A DNA stretch of 63,701 nt from contig CAXNEB010000001.1 in the NCBI GenBank assembly GCA_964201645.1, positions 1 to 63,701 of the forward strand, given 5' to 3'. The notes beneath the pieces were generated by a model. That model had not been told where the DNA came from and did not search any database. It saw only the letters and a list, made by a program, of their open reading frames with translations. The translations under genes and the position numbers were made by a program. The DNA is from Candidatus Planktophila sp. (GTDB taxonomy: Bacteria > Actinomycetota > Actinomycetes > Nanopelagicales > Nanopelagicaceae). The first letter of the stretch is position 1. Every line of letters begins with the position of its first letter. Below, piece after piece: positions 40,825-50,794 of the stretch.

Positions 40825-40918
40825 CCCCTAAGATTGGGGAGTTATCTCGCAAGTTGGCACCGGTTTTTAAGAAGCCGAAGATGTCAGCAAAGTAACTTTG
40901 AAAGGTCAGGGTGGCTAA

Positions 40919-43585
40919 ATGCCTGCAATTCTCGATCGGATTATGCGTGCCGGCGAAGGTCGCATCCTAAAAGAGTTGAGCAAGACCGTAGTCAAAGTTA
41001 ATTCCTTTGAACCTGCCATAGTCGCGCTATCTGATGAAGATCTGCGCGCGAAGACTGCGGAATTTAAAGCTCGTTATGCCAAAGGCGAGTCCCTTGATGA
41101 TTTATTGCCCGAAGCATTTGCCACAGTCCGTGAAGCGGCAAAGCGCACCCTAGGCCAACGTCACTATGACGTGCAGTTAATGGGTGGGGCAGCAATGCAC
41201 TTAGGAAATATCGCCGAAATGCGTACCGGTGAAGGAAAGACTCTGGTTGCAACTCTGCCTTCGTATCTAAATGCAATTGCTGGCAAAGGTGTGCACGTTG
41301 TAACTGTTAACGATTATCTGGCCGAGCGCGATAGCGAATGGATGGGCCGCATCCACCGTTTCCTTGGACTTACTGTCGGTGTCATTCTAAATAACATGAC
41401 TCCAGCTGAACGTCGCGATGCATATAACTGCGACATTACTTATGGCACTAATAATGAATTTGGTTTTGATTACCTGCGCGACAATATGGCTTGGTCGCTT
41501 GATGATTGCGTGCAACGCGACTATTTCTTTGCCGTAGTTGATGAAGTTGACTCAATTTTAATTGATGAAGCTCGTACTCCGCTGATTATTTCGGGGCCCG
41601 CTGATAAAGCAACTAAGTGGTATGTCGAGTTTGCAAATCTGGTTTTAAAACTAGAACGCGATGTCCACTACGAGATTGACGAGAAGAAGAAAACCGTCGG
41701 AATCCTTGAAGAAGGCGTAACTCGTGTAGAACAAATGCTGCAGATTGAGAACCTTTACGAAGCTGTAAATACGCCGATGATTGGTTACTTAAATAATGCC
41801 GTACGCGCAAAAGAGCTGTTCAAGCGCGACAAGGATTATGTAGTAATGAATGGCGAACTTTTAATTGTTGATGAGCACACTGGCCGTATGTTGGCTGGTC
41901 GTCGCTACAGCGAAGGCCTGCACCAAGCCCTTGAAGCGAAAGAACGCATTGAAATCAAGGATGAAAACCAGACCTTGGCGACCATTACTTTGCAGAACTA
42001 TTTCCGCCTCTATAAAACTATTTCCGGCATGACCGGTACTGCAATGACCGAGGCGGCCGAATTTCAACAGATTTACAAGCTAGGTGTTGTGCCAATTCCA
42101 ACTAACCGAGGCATGGTCCGAATTGATCAACCAGACTTGGTTTATAAGTCCGAACTCGGCAAATTTAACGCGGTCGCTAAAGACATTGTGGAACGTCATC
42201 GCAAAGGTCAGCCAGTTTTGGTTGGAACTGTCAGCGTTGAAAAATCTGAGGAACTTTCTGCGATCCTGCGCAAGTCTGGCGTTGCTCACGAAGTTCTAAA
42301 TGCCAAGCACCACGAACGCGAAGCCGCAATTATTGCTCGTGCAGGTATTAAAGGCGCTGTAACTGTTGCTACCAACATGGCAGGTCGCGGTACCGACATC
42401 ATGCTTGGTGGCAATCCAGAATTTATGGCAGATTTCGAACTACAACGTCGCGGAATTTCACCGGTAGATAATGCGGTCGAATACGAAGCGGCTTGGCCAG
42501 CTGAAATCGCTCGCCAAAAGGCAGCAGTAGCGAAAGAGCACGACGAAGTTATCGCTCTAGGTGGCCTTTATGTTCTTGGTACCGAACGCCACGAATCTCG
42601 ACGTATTGATAACCAGTTGCGTGGTCGCTCAGGTCGCCAAGGCGATCCTGGTGAATCTCGTTTCTATCTTTCACTGCAAGATGACTTAATGCGTCGCTTC
42701 AATTCTGGAATCGTAGAGCGTGTGTTATCGGCTGCTGGAATTCCTGAAGATGAACCAATCGAATCAAAGATGGTTAGCAACGCGATTCGTTCAGCTCAGA
42801 CCCAAGTTGAGGCGCAGAACTTTGAAATTCGAAAGAATGTTTTGAAGTATGACGACGTTATGAACCGCCAACGCGAAGTTATTTATGGTGAGCGTCGCTT
42901 AGTTCTTGAAGGAAAAGACCTTAAAGATCAAGTCATCGAGTTTATGCAAGACACATTGGCAGCTTATGTCGATGCAGCAACTGCCGATGGCTATTCCGAA
43001 GAGTGGGATCTCGAGACGCTTTGGACTCACCTCAAAGTCATCTATCCAATCTCGTTCACACCAGCTGATTTAGATGCCGAACTTGGTGGCCGCGTGGGGC
43101 TAGATGTCGAACTGCTAAAGCATCGAGTTCTAGATGATTTAGCGAAGGCATATGCAGATCGTGAAAGTGCGTTGAGTTCTGAAGTTACTCGCGAACTTGA
43201 ACGTAAGGTTTTGCTTTCAGTTCTAGACCGCAAATGGCGCGAACATCTCTACGAGATGGATTACCTCCAAGAAGGTATTGGTCTTCGTGCGATGGCCCAA
43301 CGTGATCCGCTAGTTGAATACCAGCGCGAGGGTTACGAGCTCTTTGCCGCAATGATGGATGCAATTAAAGAAGAAATCGCTGGCTTCCTATTTAACGTTG
43401 AAGTAACTGTTGAATCATCCGAAGTCCAAGCAAAGGGCATTGAGGCTAAGCCAGTTTCGCCAATTGGGTTGCAATACAGCGCATCTGATGAAAACGGCAA
43501 TGTCACTAAGAACGATGTTTCGCGAAATGCGCCCTGCCCATGCGGTTCTGGAAAGAAGTACAAGCGTTGCCACGGCGGCGCTTAA
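40919..43585 (+). CDS. secA: preprotein translocase ATPase SecA
   Basis: [51 protein letters not shown]-terminal [13 protein letters not shown]. Confidence 0.98.
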   Translation: MPAILDRIMRAGEGRILKELSKTVVKVNSFEPAIVALSDEDLRAKTAEFKARYAKGESLDDLLPEAFATVREAAKRTLGQRHYDVQLMGGAAMHLGNIAEMRTGEGKTLVATLPSYLNAIAGKGVHVVTVNDYLAERDSEWMGRIHRFLGLTVGVILNNMTPAERRDAYNCDITYGTNNEFGFDYLRDNMAWSLDDCVQRDYFFAVVDEVDSILIDEARTPLIISGPADKATKWYVEFANLVLKLERDVHYEIDEKKKTVGILEEGVTRVEQMLQIENLYEAVNTPMIGYLNNAVRAKELFKRDKDYVVMNGELLIVDEHTGRMLAGRRYSEGLHQALEAKERIEIKDENQTLATITLQNYFRLYKTISGMTGTAMTEAAEFQQIYKLGVVPIPTNRGMVRIDQPDLVYKSELGKFNAVAKDIVERHRKGQPVLVGTVSVEKSEELSAILRKSGVAHEVLNAKHHEREAAIIARAGIKGAVTVATNMAGRGTDIMLGGNPEFMADFELQRRGISPVDNAVEYEAAWPAEIARQKAAVAKEHDEVIALGGLYVLGTERHESRRIDNQLRGRSGRQGDPGESRFYLSLQDDLMRRFNSGIVERVLSAAGIPEDEPIESKMVSNAIRSAQTQVEAQNFEIRKNVLKYDDVMNRQREVIYGERRLVLEGKDLKDQVIEFMQDTLAAYVDAATADGYSEEWDLETLWTHLKVIYPISFTPADLDAELGGRVGLDVELLKHRVLDDLAKAYADRESALSSEVTRELERKVLLSVLDRKWREHLYEMDYLQEGIGLRAMAQRDPLVEYQREGYELFAAMMDAIKEEIAGFLFNVEVTVESSEVQAKGIEAKPVSPIGLQYSASDENGNVTKNDVSRNAPCPCGSGKKYKRCHGGA

Positions 43586-43601
43586 TTATTTATAATTTGA
43601 A

Positions 43602-44168
43602 CTAAATCAGAAATAGTTCTGTACATAACCATTTCTGATCGATGCCTTCAAAGCGCATAACCAAAGAACGCAAACGGTCGCCGTATCTAACAGTTAATAC
43701 GGATTCTGCAATCCCATCTAAGGGCTGATTCACATGCAGTTTTCTAATTCGTCCAATCTCTTTGACTGAGCCAGTATCTGCAACTAACTTGGCAAAAATA
43801 TTTCTATGAGTCCATCTGGTTAATTGAGCGGCTGGACGTTTGCCAGCCCAAATCTCAAGAGCGCTAACACCGTATTTCAAAGCCCAACAGCTTATTTCAG
43901 GCAGTTCGCTGGCAGAAGTTGGCATTGGTGCAAAGTCCGGATCATATTCATCTCCATGTGTAGTCGGAATTAGATACAACTTCGCTTTTTGTGGAGCTTG
44001 CGCAGGAATGGGGGAGCGAAAGAGGTCTAATACTGGATGACCTGGGATCTCATCTTGGTTACTGGAGATTGGCGAAAAAGTAATGGTTTGGAAAATTGGC
44101 TCAACGGATAAATCGATAGTAGTCATGGGTAGAGAATTTCCGCTGGCCAGCCACCATAAATCATTCAA
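43602..44168 (-). CDS. Rv3235 family protein
   Basis: LE..AG.RP..QL.RW, R.R.L..RFEG...KWLCTEL; convergent with secA as in actinobacteria; alternative ATG start 44129. Confidence 0.8.
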   Translation of the reverse strand: MNDLWWLASGNSLPMTTIDLSVEPIFQTITFSPISSNQDEIPGHPVLDLFRSPIPAQAPQKAKLYLIPTTHGDEYDPDFAPMPTSASELPEISCWALKYGVSALEIWAGKRPAAQLTRWTHRNIFAKLVADTGSVKEIGRIRKLHVNQPLDGIAESVLTVRYGDRLRSLVMRFEGIDQKWLCTELFLI

Positions 44169-44240
44169 AAGGACTACTGGGCCTCATCCGAAAGGATGAC
44201 TGTGGATAGCTAAATTTAAATTGTCCGTTGACATCGTTAG

Positions 44241-44849
44241 ATGCCTTTCATGTCTACTAAAAAATCCAAAATTCAAACTCGAGTGCTAATAGCCGCATCG
44301 CTACTGGTTGCATCGATTCTCTCTAGCGTGTTGATTTCCGTGCTTTCAAATCAGAAGCAAAGTTTCTGGATTGCAAATCGTGAACTCACTCCCGGCCAGC
44401 AAATTGCTGCCACTGATATCTCAAAAGTTCAAGTCAACATTTCGGCCATCTCTAATAACTATGTCTCGGCCGGCATTAATCCCATTGGCAGCATTGTTAT
44501 AAATAGAATCCAGCGAACTTCCTTGATTGCAACTCAATCAATTAGCTCACAGAATGAAGCAATAAATAGCGCTGAAGTGTCTCTGAACATTCGAGCAATT
44601 GATTTGCCAGCGTCAGTATTGGCGGGGGATCGCATAAGCATTTATCTTCTGGAAGATGCTGAGCTAGGTGCATTTCCATCTGAACCAGAATTAGTTCTTG
44701 GCGATATCTATTTAGGTTCAATCGAGCGCAAGAGTTCAAACTTTGGGTCAGAGGCAGCAATCACGATTGCAATAGGGCGCGAAGAAATTTCAGATGTGCT
44801 TAGGGCTACCACCTATGGCCGACTAGTTGTGGTGAAACTAAATGGCTGA
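44241..44849 (+). CDS. membrane-anchored SAF-domain (CpaB/FlgA-like) protein
   Basis: N-terminal TM, W.A.REL.PGQ.I...D SAF signature, LP...AGDRI.IY. Confidence 0.65.
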   Translation: MPFMSTKKSKIQTRVLIAASLLVASILSSVLISVLSNQKQSFWIANRELTPGQQIAATDISKVQVNISAISNNYVSAGINPIGSIVINRIQRTSLIATQSISSQNEAINSAEVSLNIRAIDLPASVLAGDRISIYLLEDAELGAFPSEPELVLGDIYLGSIERKSSNFGSEAAITIAIGREEISDVLRATTYGRLVVVKLNG

Positions 44850-45939
44850 AAGCAGTAATCACACAATAATTACAGCTATCTCAGATAGTAGTTTCGAAGG
44901 CTTTGTATCGAGCAACCTGCATTCGCAAGGTTGGGACATCGTGGCCAGAGCGGTAGACATTGCCGCTTTGCACGCATTCATTACCCAGAATCCAGAGGTC
45001 GCAAAGAATTCGATCTTGATTTACGCCCCTGATCTACCAGGGTTTAGCGATGACACCGTTACAGAACTGCGAACTCAGGTTCGTCATCTAATTGGTTACG
45101 GTACTGAATCTGAATTAGCTAGTTTTGCTTTTCTTTCGCCTCGGCCCACAGATCCCGCCGAACTGGTTTCTCAAATTCGGTCTGTACTACGCCGGGAGTT
45201 TCGCGAACCACTTATTTCAACTCACAGAGGAACAAATCTAGCTGGCGCAAAAGTCATAGCAATCGGCTCTGCCGGCACTGCCACGGGTGCTACAACTTTA
45301 GCTATCAACCTGGCCATGGAATCGAGTTTGCTGGAGAAACGAACACTGCTGATTGATGGTAATTCGTTTGAGCCAACTATTTCGATTGCTCTGGAGTTAC
45401 GTAATCTACGAGCAGATCAAAATCCAAGGCTAATCTCACAACTACTCTGGGCATATGAATTAACTGAAGCCAAAAGCTCCACCTTTGCAAAATTTATGAC
45501 TAGCGCTTACGCAAATTTTGATCTCATTATTATTGATTTAGGTTCAATTTCTAACTTAGCAATTAAATTAACTGATCGCCGTTGGACTTCACAATGCTTA
45601 ATCTGGAGTACTGATAACTGTGATGAGATCTGGGTAAATTCCAGACCAGATGAGGTTGGCCGTTTTAGATTGGCGAGGGTAATAAAAGAGTTAACTAAGA
45701 ATAAGATCAAGGCTAAATTGCAATTCGTAGCCAATCTAGAAGTTCCTCGTCGCCGAAACGATCAAGGAGCCCATGAGTTAGCGGAACAGATAGATCAATT
45801 GAATCCGATTAATCGCTTGACGCTACCTAGAGATAATCGAGCTGTGGCAGCCGCGACCACCAGTTATTCCTCGCTTAGCGAAGCTAGCCCAAAATCGATG
45901 TTGCGAAAGGCGATTTTCAAGATTGCTAGCGAGATCTAG
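44842..45939 (+). CDS. CpaE/TadZ/MinD-like P-loop protein with receiver-like N-terminus and degenerate Walker A
   Basis: KVIAIGSAGTATGATTLAINLA, TLLIDG, FDLIIIDLG. Confidence 0.65.
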   Translation: MAESSNHTIITAISDSSFEGFVSSNLHSQGWDIVARAVDIAALHAFITQNPEVAKNSILIYAPDLPGFSDDTVTELRTQVRHLIGYGTESELASFAFLSPRPTDPAELVSQIRSVLRREFREPLISTHRGTNLAGAKVIAIGSAGTATGATTLAINLAMESSLLEKRTLLIDGNSFEPTISIALELRNLRADQNPRLISQLLWAYELTEAKSSTFAKFMTSAYANFDLIIIDLGSISNLAIKLTDRRWTSQCLIWSTDNCDEIWVNSRPDEVGRFRLARVIKELTKNKIKAKLQFVANLEVPRRRNDQGAHELAEQIDQLNPINRLTLPRDNRAVAAATTSYSSLSEASPKSMLRKAIFKIASEI

Positions 45940-45977
45940 TTTTGAGGATGCAGCAACTATTCCAATAGAGTTAGCCC

Positions 45978-46376
45978 ATGCGCGGATACTTAGCCTTAAC
46001 TCCAGATGAGTTAGCTGAACTATTAAGTGATGGCGAAATCTCAATTGATACCGCCTTTGTTCCAACTGCCCAATTCAAAAGCGCTAATGCAGATCTTGGC
46101 GAAGAAGAGGCCGAATACATTCTCTCGCTATTGGCAGCTGAAGATTCAATTTCATACCAAGGCGATTCTGCCAAGTTCTCATTTGCCCTCGCAGTAGATT
46201 TAGAGGATTCACAGATTGGGCAAGAGTCAGAGGTCGAAGTAAATCTAACTTCACCAATTAAATTTAGCCAGGCCGATTGCTTATTTGTCGGAGATGCTAG
46301 TGCTGATGATGGCGAACTAACTTGGTATGCGGCGCAAGAGATCGCAGTTCACCTACCTAGTTGGCAGGTTTCCTAA
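45978..46376 (+). CDS. DUF6912-like acidic protein
   Basis: MR.YL..T...L, EEEAEY, ELTWYAAQEI. Confidence 0.72.
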   Translation: MRGYLALTPDELAELLSDGEISIDTAFVPTAQFKSANADLGEEEAEYILSLLAAEDSISYQGDSAKFSFALAVDLEDSQIGQESEVEVNLTSPIKFSQADCLFVGDASADDGELTWYAAQEIAVHLPSWQVS

Positions 46377-47846
46377 GTGAATCGGATTGAAACTCTGCTT
46401 AAGGGACGAAGCACGTTAACCGCTTCGCAGATATATCGATTGCAGGAGTTAATCGCCGACTGGCAGATTCTCACAGATCTTTCCTTTGCAGACTTAGTTC
46501 TCTGGGTTCCACTTCGCACAGATGCAACTTCTTGGCCAACCGGATACGTGGCAATCGCGCATATTCGCCCAACCACTTCGGCAACAGTATTCGCCAATGA
46601 CTTAATTGGCTCCGAAGTAACGTGGGGCGAGCGACCACGTTTAGATGAAGCGCTTTCGAGCGCCGATATTGTGCGAGATTCTGAACCTGAGTTAATTGGT
46701 GATTTACTCATTAAAGAAGAGACGATTCCAGTAATTTATGAAGGTCAAGTAATTGCGGTCATATCGCGTCACCGAAATGCTGAGTTAATGCGCTCGCCAA
46801 GCCGATTAGAACTTAACTATCGCGAGATCGCTAACAATCTTTACCGAATGGTCGTCGAAGGTACGTATCCGTATCAAGATGCATCCTCAATTTTTGACCC
46901 ATCTGCTCGTGTGGGGGATGGTCTTATCCGGCTTGATTTAAATGGCGTAATTACTTATGCCAGCCCTAATGCCAGATCTGCTTTCAACCGAATGGGTTGG
47001 GGTAACGACTTAGAGAGCTTTAACTTAGGCGAAGTTGCTTCGCAAGTATCTATGCAACGAAATGAATCACATCATGAGGGAATAAGTAGTTCGCTGAGCG
47101 GAAAATCTTTACGTCGCGCTGAAATTGAAAATCAAGGAGCAACAATTGATTTAATGGTGATGCCTTTATTGCAAGGTGGCGATCGGATTGGCGCAATTGT
47201 TCTGCTCCACAATGTGACTGAGTTACGTCGTCGCGAACGCGAGCTAGTAACTAAAGATGCCACGATTCGCGAAGTTCATCACCGCGTGAAGAATAATTTA
47301 CAGACAGTTTCAGCGCTTTTGCGATTACAAGCTCGCCGTATTGAAGAGCCACAAGCGAGTGCAGCTCTTGAAGAAGCCGTTCGCCGCATCGCTTCGATCG
47401 CACTTGTTCACGAAACACTTTCAAATAGCGCCGATGCCAAAGTGGCCTTCGATCAAGTATTAGATAATCTGGTAATTCATGCAGCCGACTTAAGCCCTCG
47501 CATGAGCGAGATCAACATCAGACGAAGTGGTTCACTAGCTGAAATTGATCCGCATATCGCCACGCCACTTGCTCTTATCGTCACCGAGCTAATTCACAAC
47601 GCCCTTGAACATGGGCTAGCCGAACGAGGAAGCAATCTAGTGATTCACTGTGAACGTTTTGAAAGTAAAGCCAAAGTCACAGTTAATGATGATGGTGCTG
47701 GATTACCTGCTGATTTTGATTTAGTTAACTCATCTAATCTTGGGTTACAAATTGTAAGAACTTTGACCGAAAACGAGTTACGCGGCCAAATTAAATTAAC
47801 TTCGGGGGAGTCTGGAACCCAAGCAACCTTGGAGTTCCCGCTTTAG
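46377..47846 (+). CDS. pdtaS: cytoplasmic GAF-PAS histidine kinase PdtaS
   Basis: WQIL.DLSFAD.VLWV, RVGDG, YASPNA.SA, KDATIREVHHRVKNNLQTV. Confidence 0.92.
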   Translation: MNRIETLLKGRSTLTASQIYRLQELIADWQILTDLSFADLVLWVPLRTDATSWPTGYVAIAHIRPTTSATVFANDLIGSEVTWGERPRLDEALSSADIVRDSEPELIGDLLIKEETIPVIYEGQVIAVISRHRNAELMRSPSRLELNYREIANNLYRMVVEGTYPYQDASSIFDPSARVGDGLIRLDLNGVITYASPNARSAFNRMGWGNDLESFNLGEVASQVSMQRNESHHEGISSSLSGKSLRRAEIENQGATIDLMVMPLLQGGDRIGAIVLLHNVTELRRRERELVTKDATIREVHHRVKNNLQTVSALLRLQARRIEEPQASAALEEAVRRIASIALVHETLSNSADAKVAFDQVLDNLVIHAADLSPRMSEINIRRSGSLAEIDPHIATPLALIVTELIHNALEHGLAERGSNLVIHCERFESKAKVTVNDDGAGLPADFDLVNSSNLGLQIVRTLTENELRGQIKLTSGESGTQATLEFPL

Positions 47847-48112
47847 AACTGGTTTTGCTGTTCTTGCAGACGGGCACGATTACGTGCTGCGCGACGCTTA
47901 AGTGCGCGACGTTCATCTTCAGATAAACCGCCCCAAACCCCAGCATCTTGTCCGCTCTCAAGAGCCCAAGCCAAGCAGGCATCCTTAACAATGCAGCGGT
48001 TACAAACCTTTTTTGCTTCCTCAATCTGGGTTATAGCTGGGCCAGTATTTCCGACTGGAAAGAAAAGCTCTGGATCTTCATCGCGGCAAGCGGATTGATG
48101 ACGCCAATCCAT
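47843..48112 (-). CDS. whiB1: WhiB family regulator WhiB1
   Basis: MDWRH.SACRDEDPELFFPVGNTGPA, GQDAGVWGGLSEDERRALKRR. Confidence 0.95.
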   Translation of the reverse strand: MDWRHQSACRDEDPELFFPVGNTGPAITQIEEAKKVCNRCIVKDACLAWALESGQDAGVWGGLSEDERRALKRRAARNRARLQEQQNQF

Positions 48113-48269
48113 GAGAACACCACCCATCCCTGAAATCTCGCGTACAGAAGCCAGTTCTGCACCAATTAAGTAATTTGTTCTTGCTACGATCTTGATGTCG
48201 TAATGTGCTTATTCTCCCGTGCCAGCACCCTGATTACAAGGACATATCGCAGGGGATTTCCCGATTACT

Positions 48270-48285
48270 GGTGATTTATCTCGCT
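48270..48285 (-). promoter_or_regulatory. putative CRP-type site upstream of whiB1
   Basis: minus strand AGCGA-N6-TCACC; downstream TTGTAA(48239-34)-N17-GAGAAT(48216-11). Confidence 0.4.
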
Positions 48286-48312
48286 CACAATAAATTTTTG
48301 ATCAATTGCTAG

Positions 48313-48384
48313 TGCCCCCGACAGGATTCGAACCTGTGCACCCGCCTCCGGAGGGCGGTGCTCTATCCCCTGAGCTACGGGGGC
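48313..48384 (-). tRNA. tRNA-Arg (anticodon CCG)
   Basis: GCCCCCG acceptor stem, D-arm GCTC/GAGC, anticodon arm CCGCC-CT CCG GA-GGCGG, GGTTCGAATCC T-arm; CCA not encoded. Confidence 0.96.
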
Positions 48385-48490
48385 GCAATGGCAAGGTTAT
48401 CAGTAGCGCAGATGTTAATTATTGCTGGGAAATATTCATCGCACTTGATCTCGCATGACAATTTTGAGAGCTTACTGCCAGAATATCGCC

Positions 48491-49015
48491 ATGAATCAGA
48501 GCGCATACTTTGCAACCGGCTGTTTTTGGGGCGCAGAACGCCGCTTCTGGCAGTTAACCGGAGTTTTAGAAACCAGCGTTGGCTACATGGGCGGCACTCG
48601 CCCTAACCCAAGTTATGAGCAAGTCTGCACTGGCGTGACTGGCCATGCCGAAATGGTGCACGTTCGCTTTGATGATGAGCAGGTTTCATATCAGCGCTTG
48701 CTCGAAGAGTTTTGGACTATGCATGATCCAACTTCACTGAATCAACAAGGTGGCGATATCGGAACTCAATATCGCAGTTCGATCTATGCAACTACACCTG
48801 AACAATTAACTCAGGCCATGAAGTCTCGCGATCTCTACCAAGAAGTTTTAAGCAAGGCAGGCCTAGATCCAATTGTCACTGAAATTCTAATCGCCGATGG
48901 CGTTGAGTATTTCTTAGCTGAGGAATACCACCAGAAGTATTTACAGAAGAATCCAAATGGCTATGACTGTCATTCGAGTACTGGCGTTGCATTTCCGGTT
49001 GGAGTAGTTCTCTAA
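48491..49015 (+). CDS. msrA: peptide-methionine (S)-sulfoxide reductase
   Basis: GCFWG, GYMGG, TGHAE, HDPT, GTQYRS, AEEYHQKY. Confidence 0.96.
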   Translation: MNQSAYFATGCFWGAERRFWQLTGVLETSVGYMGGTRPNPSYEQVCTGVTGHAEMVHVRFDDEQVSYQRLLEEFWTMHDPTSLNQQGGDIGTQYRSSIYATTPEQLTQAMKSRDLYQEVLSKAGLDPIVTEILIADGVEYFLAEEYHQKYLQKNPNGYDCHSSTGVAFPVGVVL

Positions 49016-49428
49016 TGAGCGAAAATAATTATCCAGTAAAAATAAATGAAGCAGAGCTAAAAGAAAAATTAGATCCACTTTCTTACGAGGTTTTGCGTAA
49101 TGCTGCAACTGAGCGACCATTTACTGGTGAATACACCGACACTGACAAAGTTGGCGTATATAAATGCAAAGCTTGTGCTGCCGAACTTTTCCGCAGCGAA
49201 ACTAAATTTCATTCTGGTTGCGGTTGGCCATCTTTTTACGCACCTGCTGCCGATGATGCAGTGGAGCTTATTGAAGATCGTTCGTTAGCTCCACGAGTTC
49301 GTACCGAGGTGCGTTGTGCGGCTTGCGGCTCACATTTAGGACATGTTTTCGAAGGCGAAGGCTACGACGTACCAACTGATCAACGTTGGTGCATCAACTC
49401 AGTTTCATTGATCCTGGAAGATATTTAG
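49015..49428 (+). CDS. msrB: peptide-methionine (R)-sulfoxide reductase
   Basis: TERPFTG, CKAC, SGCGWPSF, CAACGSHLGHVF, RWCINS. Confidence 0.96.
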   Translation: MSENNYPVKINEAELKEKLDPLSYEVLRNAATERPFTGEYTDTDKVGVYKCKACAAELFRSETKFHSGCGWPSFYAPAADDAVELIEDRSLAPRVRTEVRCAACGSHLGHVFEGEGYDVPTDQRWCINSVSLILEDI

Positions 49429-50069
49429 TACTCCAGTCCGCGGCTTTCATGAACTGCTTGATAGCAATACCAGGCAACAACACTTCGGTATGGATGCAAT
49501 TTTTCACCCTTTAGATCTAAAGCTTTAGCCAAGGTTTCTTCTATATTGTTATGGATCATGTCCCAACCCCGACGCACTGCTAAATCTCCGGTGGGCCAGA
49601 CATTTAAACGTCCTAGCTGAAACATCATAAACATCTCAACTGTCCAGCGCCCAATGCCCCATAGCGAAGTTAACTTGTCATAAATTTCTTGATCATCATG
49701 AATTTCATCGATGGTATCTATGGGAATTGATTTATCAACAACCGCACCAGCTAGGCCCTTTATTGTGCGAGCTTTTGCACCAGAGACACCTATCTCTCGA
49801 AGCACAAGATCATCTAGTTTGATTATCTTTTTGGCGTTAATTGTCCCTTTGCAAAGATCAACCAAGCGCCCATGAATTGTCTCGGCAGCTTTTACCGCTA
49901 ATTGTTGAGAGATAACTGAACTAACCAAAGATTCAAAATGAGTCTCGGTGGGAGCGCTTCGACCTATTGTGCAAAGGGGGCGACGAGCTATTAGTGGCGC
50001 AAATTTGCGATCCAGCTCTGAAACTTCAGCGACAATACGTCGCATCTTTTGCGCAGAGTGGACCGCCAT
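49425..50069 (-). CDS. alkA: HhH-GPD DNA-3-methyladenine glycosylase II
   Basis: SQQLAVKAA, LWGIGRWT, WPTGDLAVR, PYRS. Confidence 0.88.
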   Translation of the reverse strand: MAVHSAQKMRRIVAEVSELDRKFAPLIARRPLCTIGRSAPTETHFESLVSSVISQQLAVKAAETIHGRLVDLCKGTINAKKIIKLDDLVLREIGVSGAKARTIKGLAGAVVDKSIPIDTIDEIHDDQEIYDKLTSLWGIGRWTVEMFMMFQLGRLNVWPTGDLAVRRGWDMIHNNIEETLAKALDLKGEKLHPYRSVVAWYCYQAVHESRGLEY

Positions 50070-50072
50070 AGA

Positions 50073-50672
50073 TTAAAGGGAGAAAGATGGGTATTCGTCA
50101 GTTACCAAAATAAAGGCGTAACCATAAACGCGATTATAGAAAGCCAAAATTCCGACCATTGCATCAGCACACCAAACTGGATACTTGCCGCTGAACAAGA
50201 TCGAGAACCAAGCGAAGAGAGTCAAGAAAAGACCATAGATTAAATAAATAATTCCCATTACATAAAGCGGAATAGCCAAGATCCACTTGAAGAGTGGCTT
50301 TACTCGACTTAGTTGCCAACCATTTCCAACTTCAGGGAAAGTAATTTTAACAATGTCATTTTCTTCAATCGACGGATAGTCATCAGTTAGCAGCAATACA
50401 AATGCGTTAATGCGAGTTTCGAGCGAGATCAAGGCATGATTAAATGAGAGCGCATAACTTGGGTAGATTCCACGAAAGACCAGAGCCAATAAAGTCGGCA
50501 CAATAATCAGGCCACCCAAGCTATAACTCCAGTTATCACTGGCTATGGATTCGACAGCAAATGCACTGAAATAGAGCGCAACCGGCAACACGATTATTAG
50601 TCGAAAAAATGCCGTTAAACGGTTGCGATCTTCGAGCTCTACTTGAATTAAGGTCTGTATTTGATTGCTCAC
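50073..50672 (-). CDS. DUF4389 membrane protein
   Basis: two repeats ending LLTDDYPS and LVTDEYPSF; FKWILAIP. Confidence 0.85.
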   Translation of the reverse strand: MSNQIQTLIQVELEDRNRLTAFFRLIIVLPVALYFSAFAVESIASDNWSYSLGGLIIVPTLLALVFRGIYPSYALSFNHALISLETRINAFVLLLTDDYPSIEENDIVKITFPEVGNGWQLSRVKPLFKWILAIPLYVMGIIYLIYGLFLTLFAWFSILFSGKYPVWCADAMVGILAFYNRVYGYAFILVTDEYPSFSL

Positions 50673-50733
50673 GCCTCAAAGGTAACCCTAATCCTCAGAA
50701 ATCTATTGCTTTTTTGGGATTTTCGGCCTAGTT

Positions 50734-50768
50734 TTTCAGTTGTTGCAGAGAATTACAGTCTCTTGCAG
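50734..50768 (+). repeat. helically phased TT(G/A/T)CAG direct repeats upstream of the LacI gene
   Basis: TTTCAG 50734-39, TTGCAG 50743-48, TTACAG 50753-58, TTGCAG 50763-68. Confidence 0.5.
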
Positions 50769-50794
50769 AAAGATTTATAAGACTAGGGGCAAAA

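Noticed and set aside
40825-40918. raiA-motif ncRNA downstream of comF
   Set aside because: The interval is only about 94 nt, too short for that large multi-stem RNA, and no hpf follows.
48313-48384. tRNA-Arg as an island integration site
   Set aside because: No integrase, no duplicated tRNA 3' end seen, and the flanks are housekeeping genes of similar composition.
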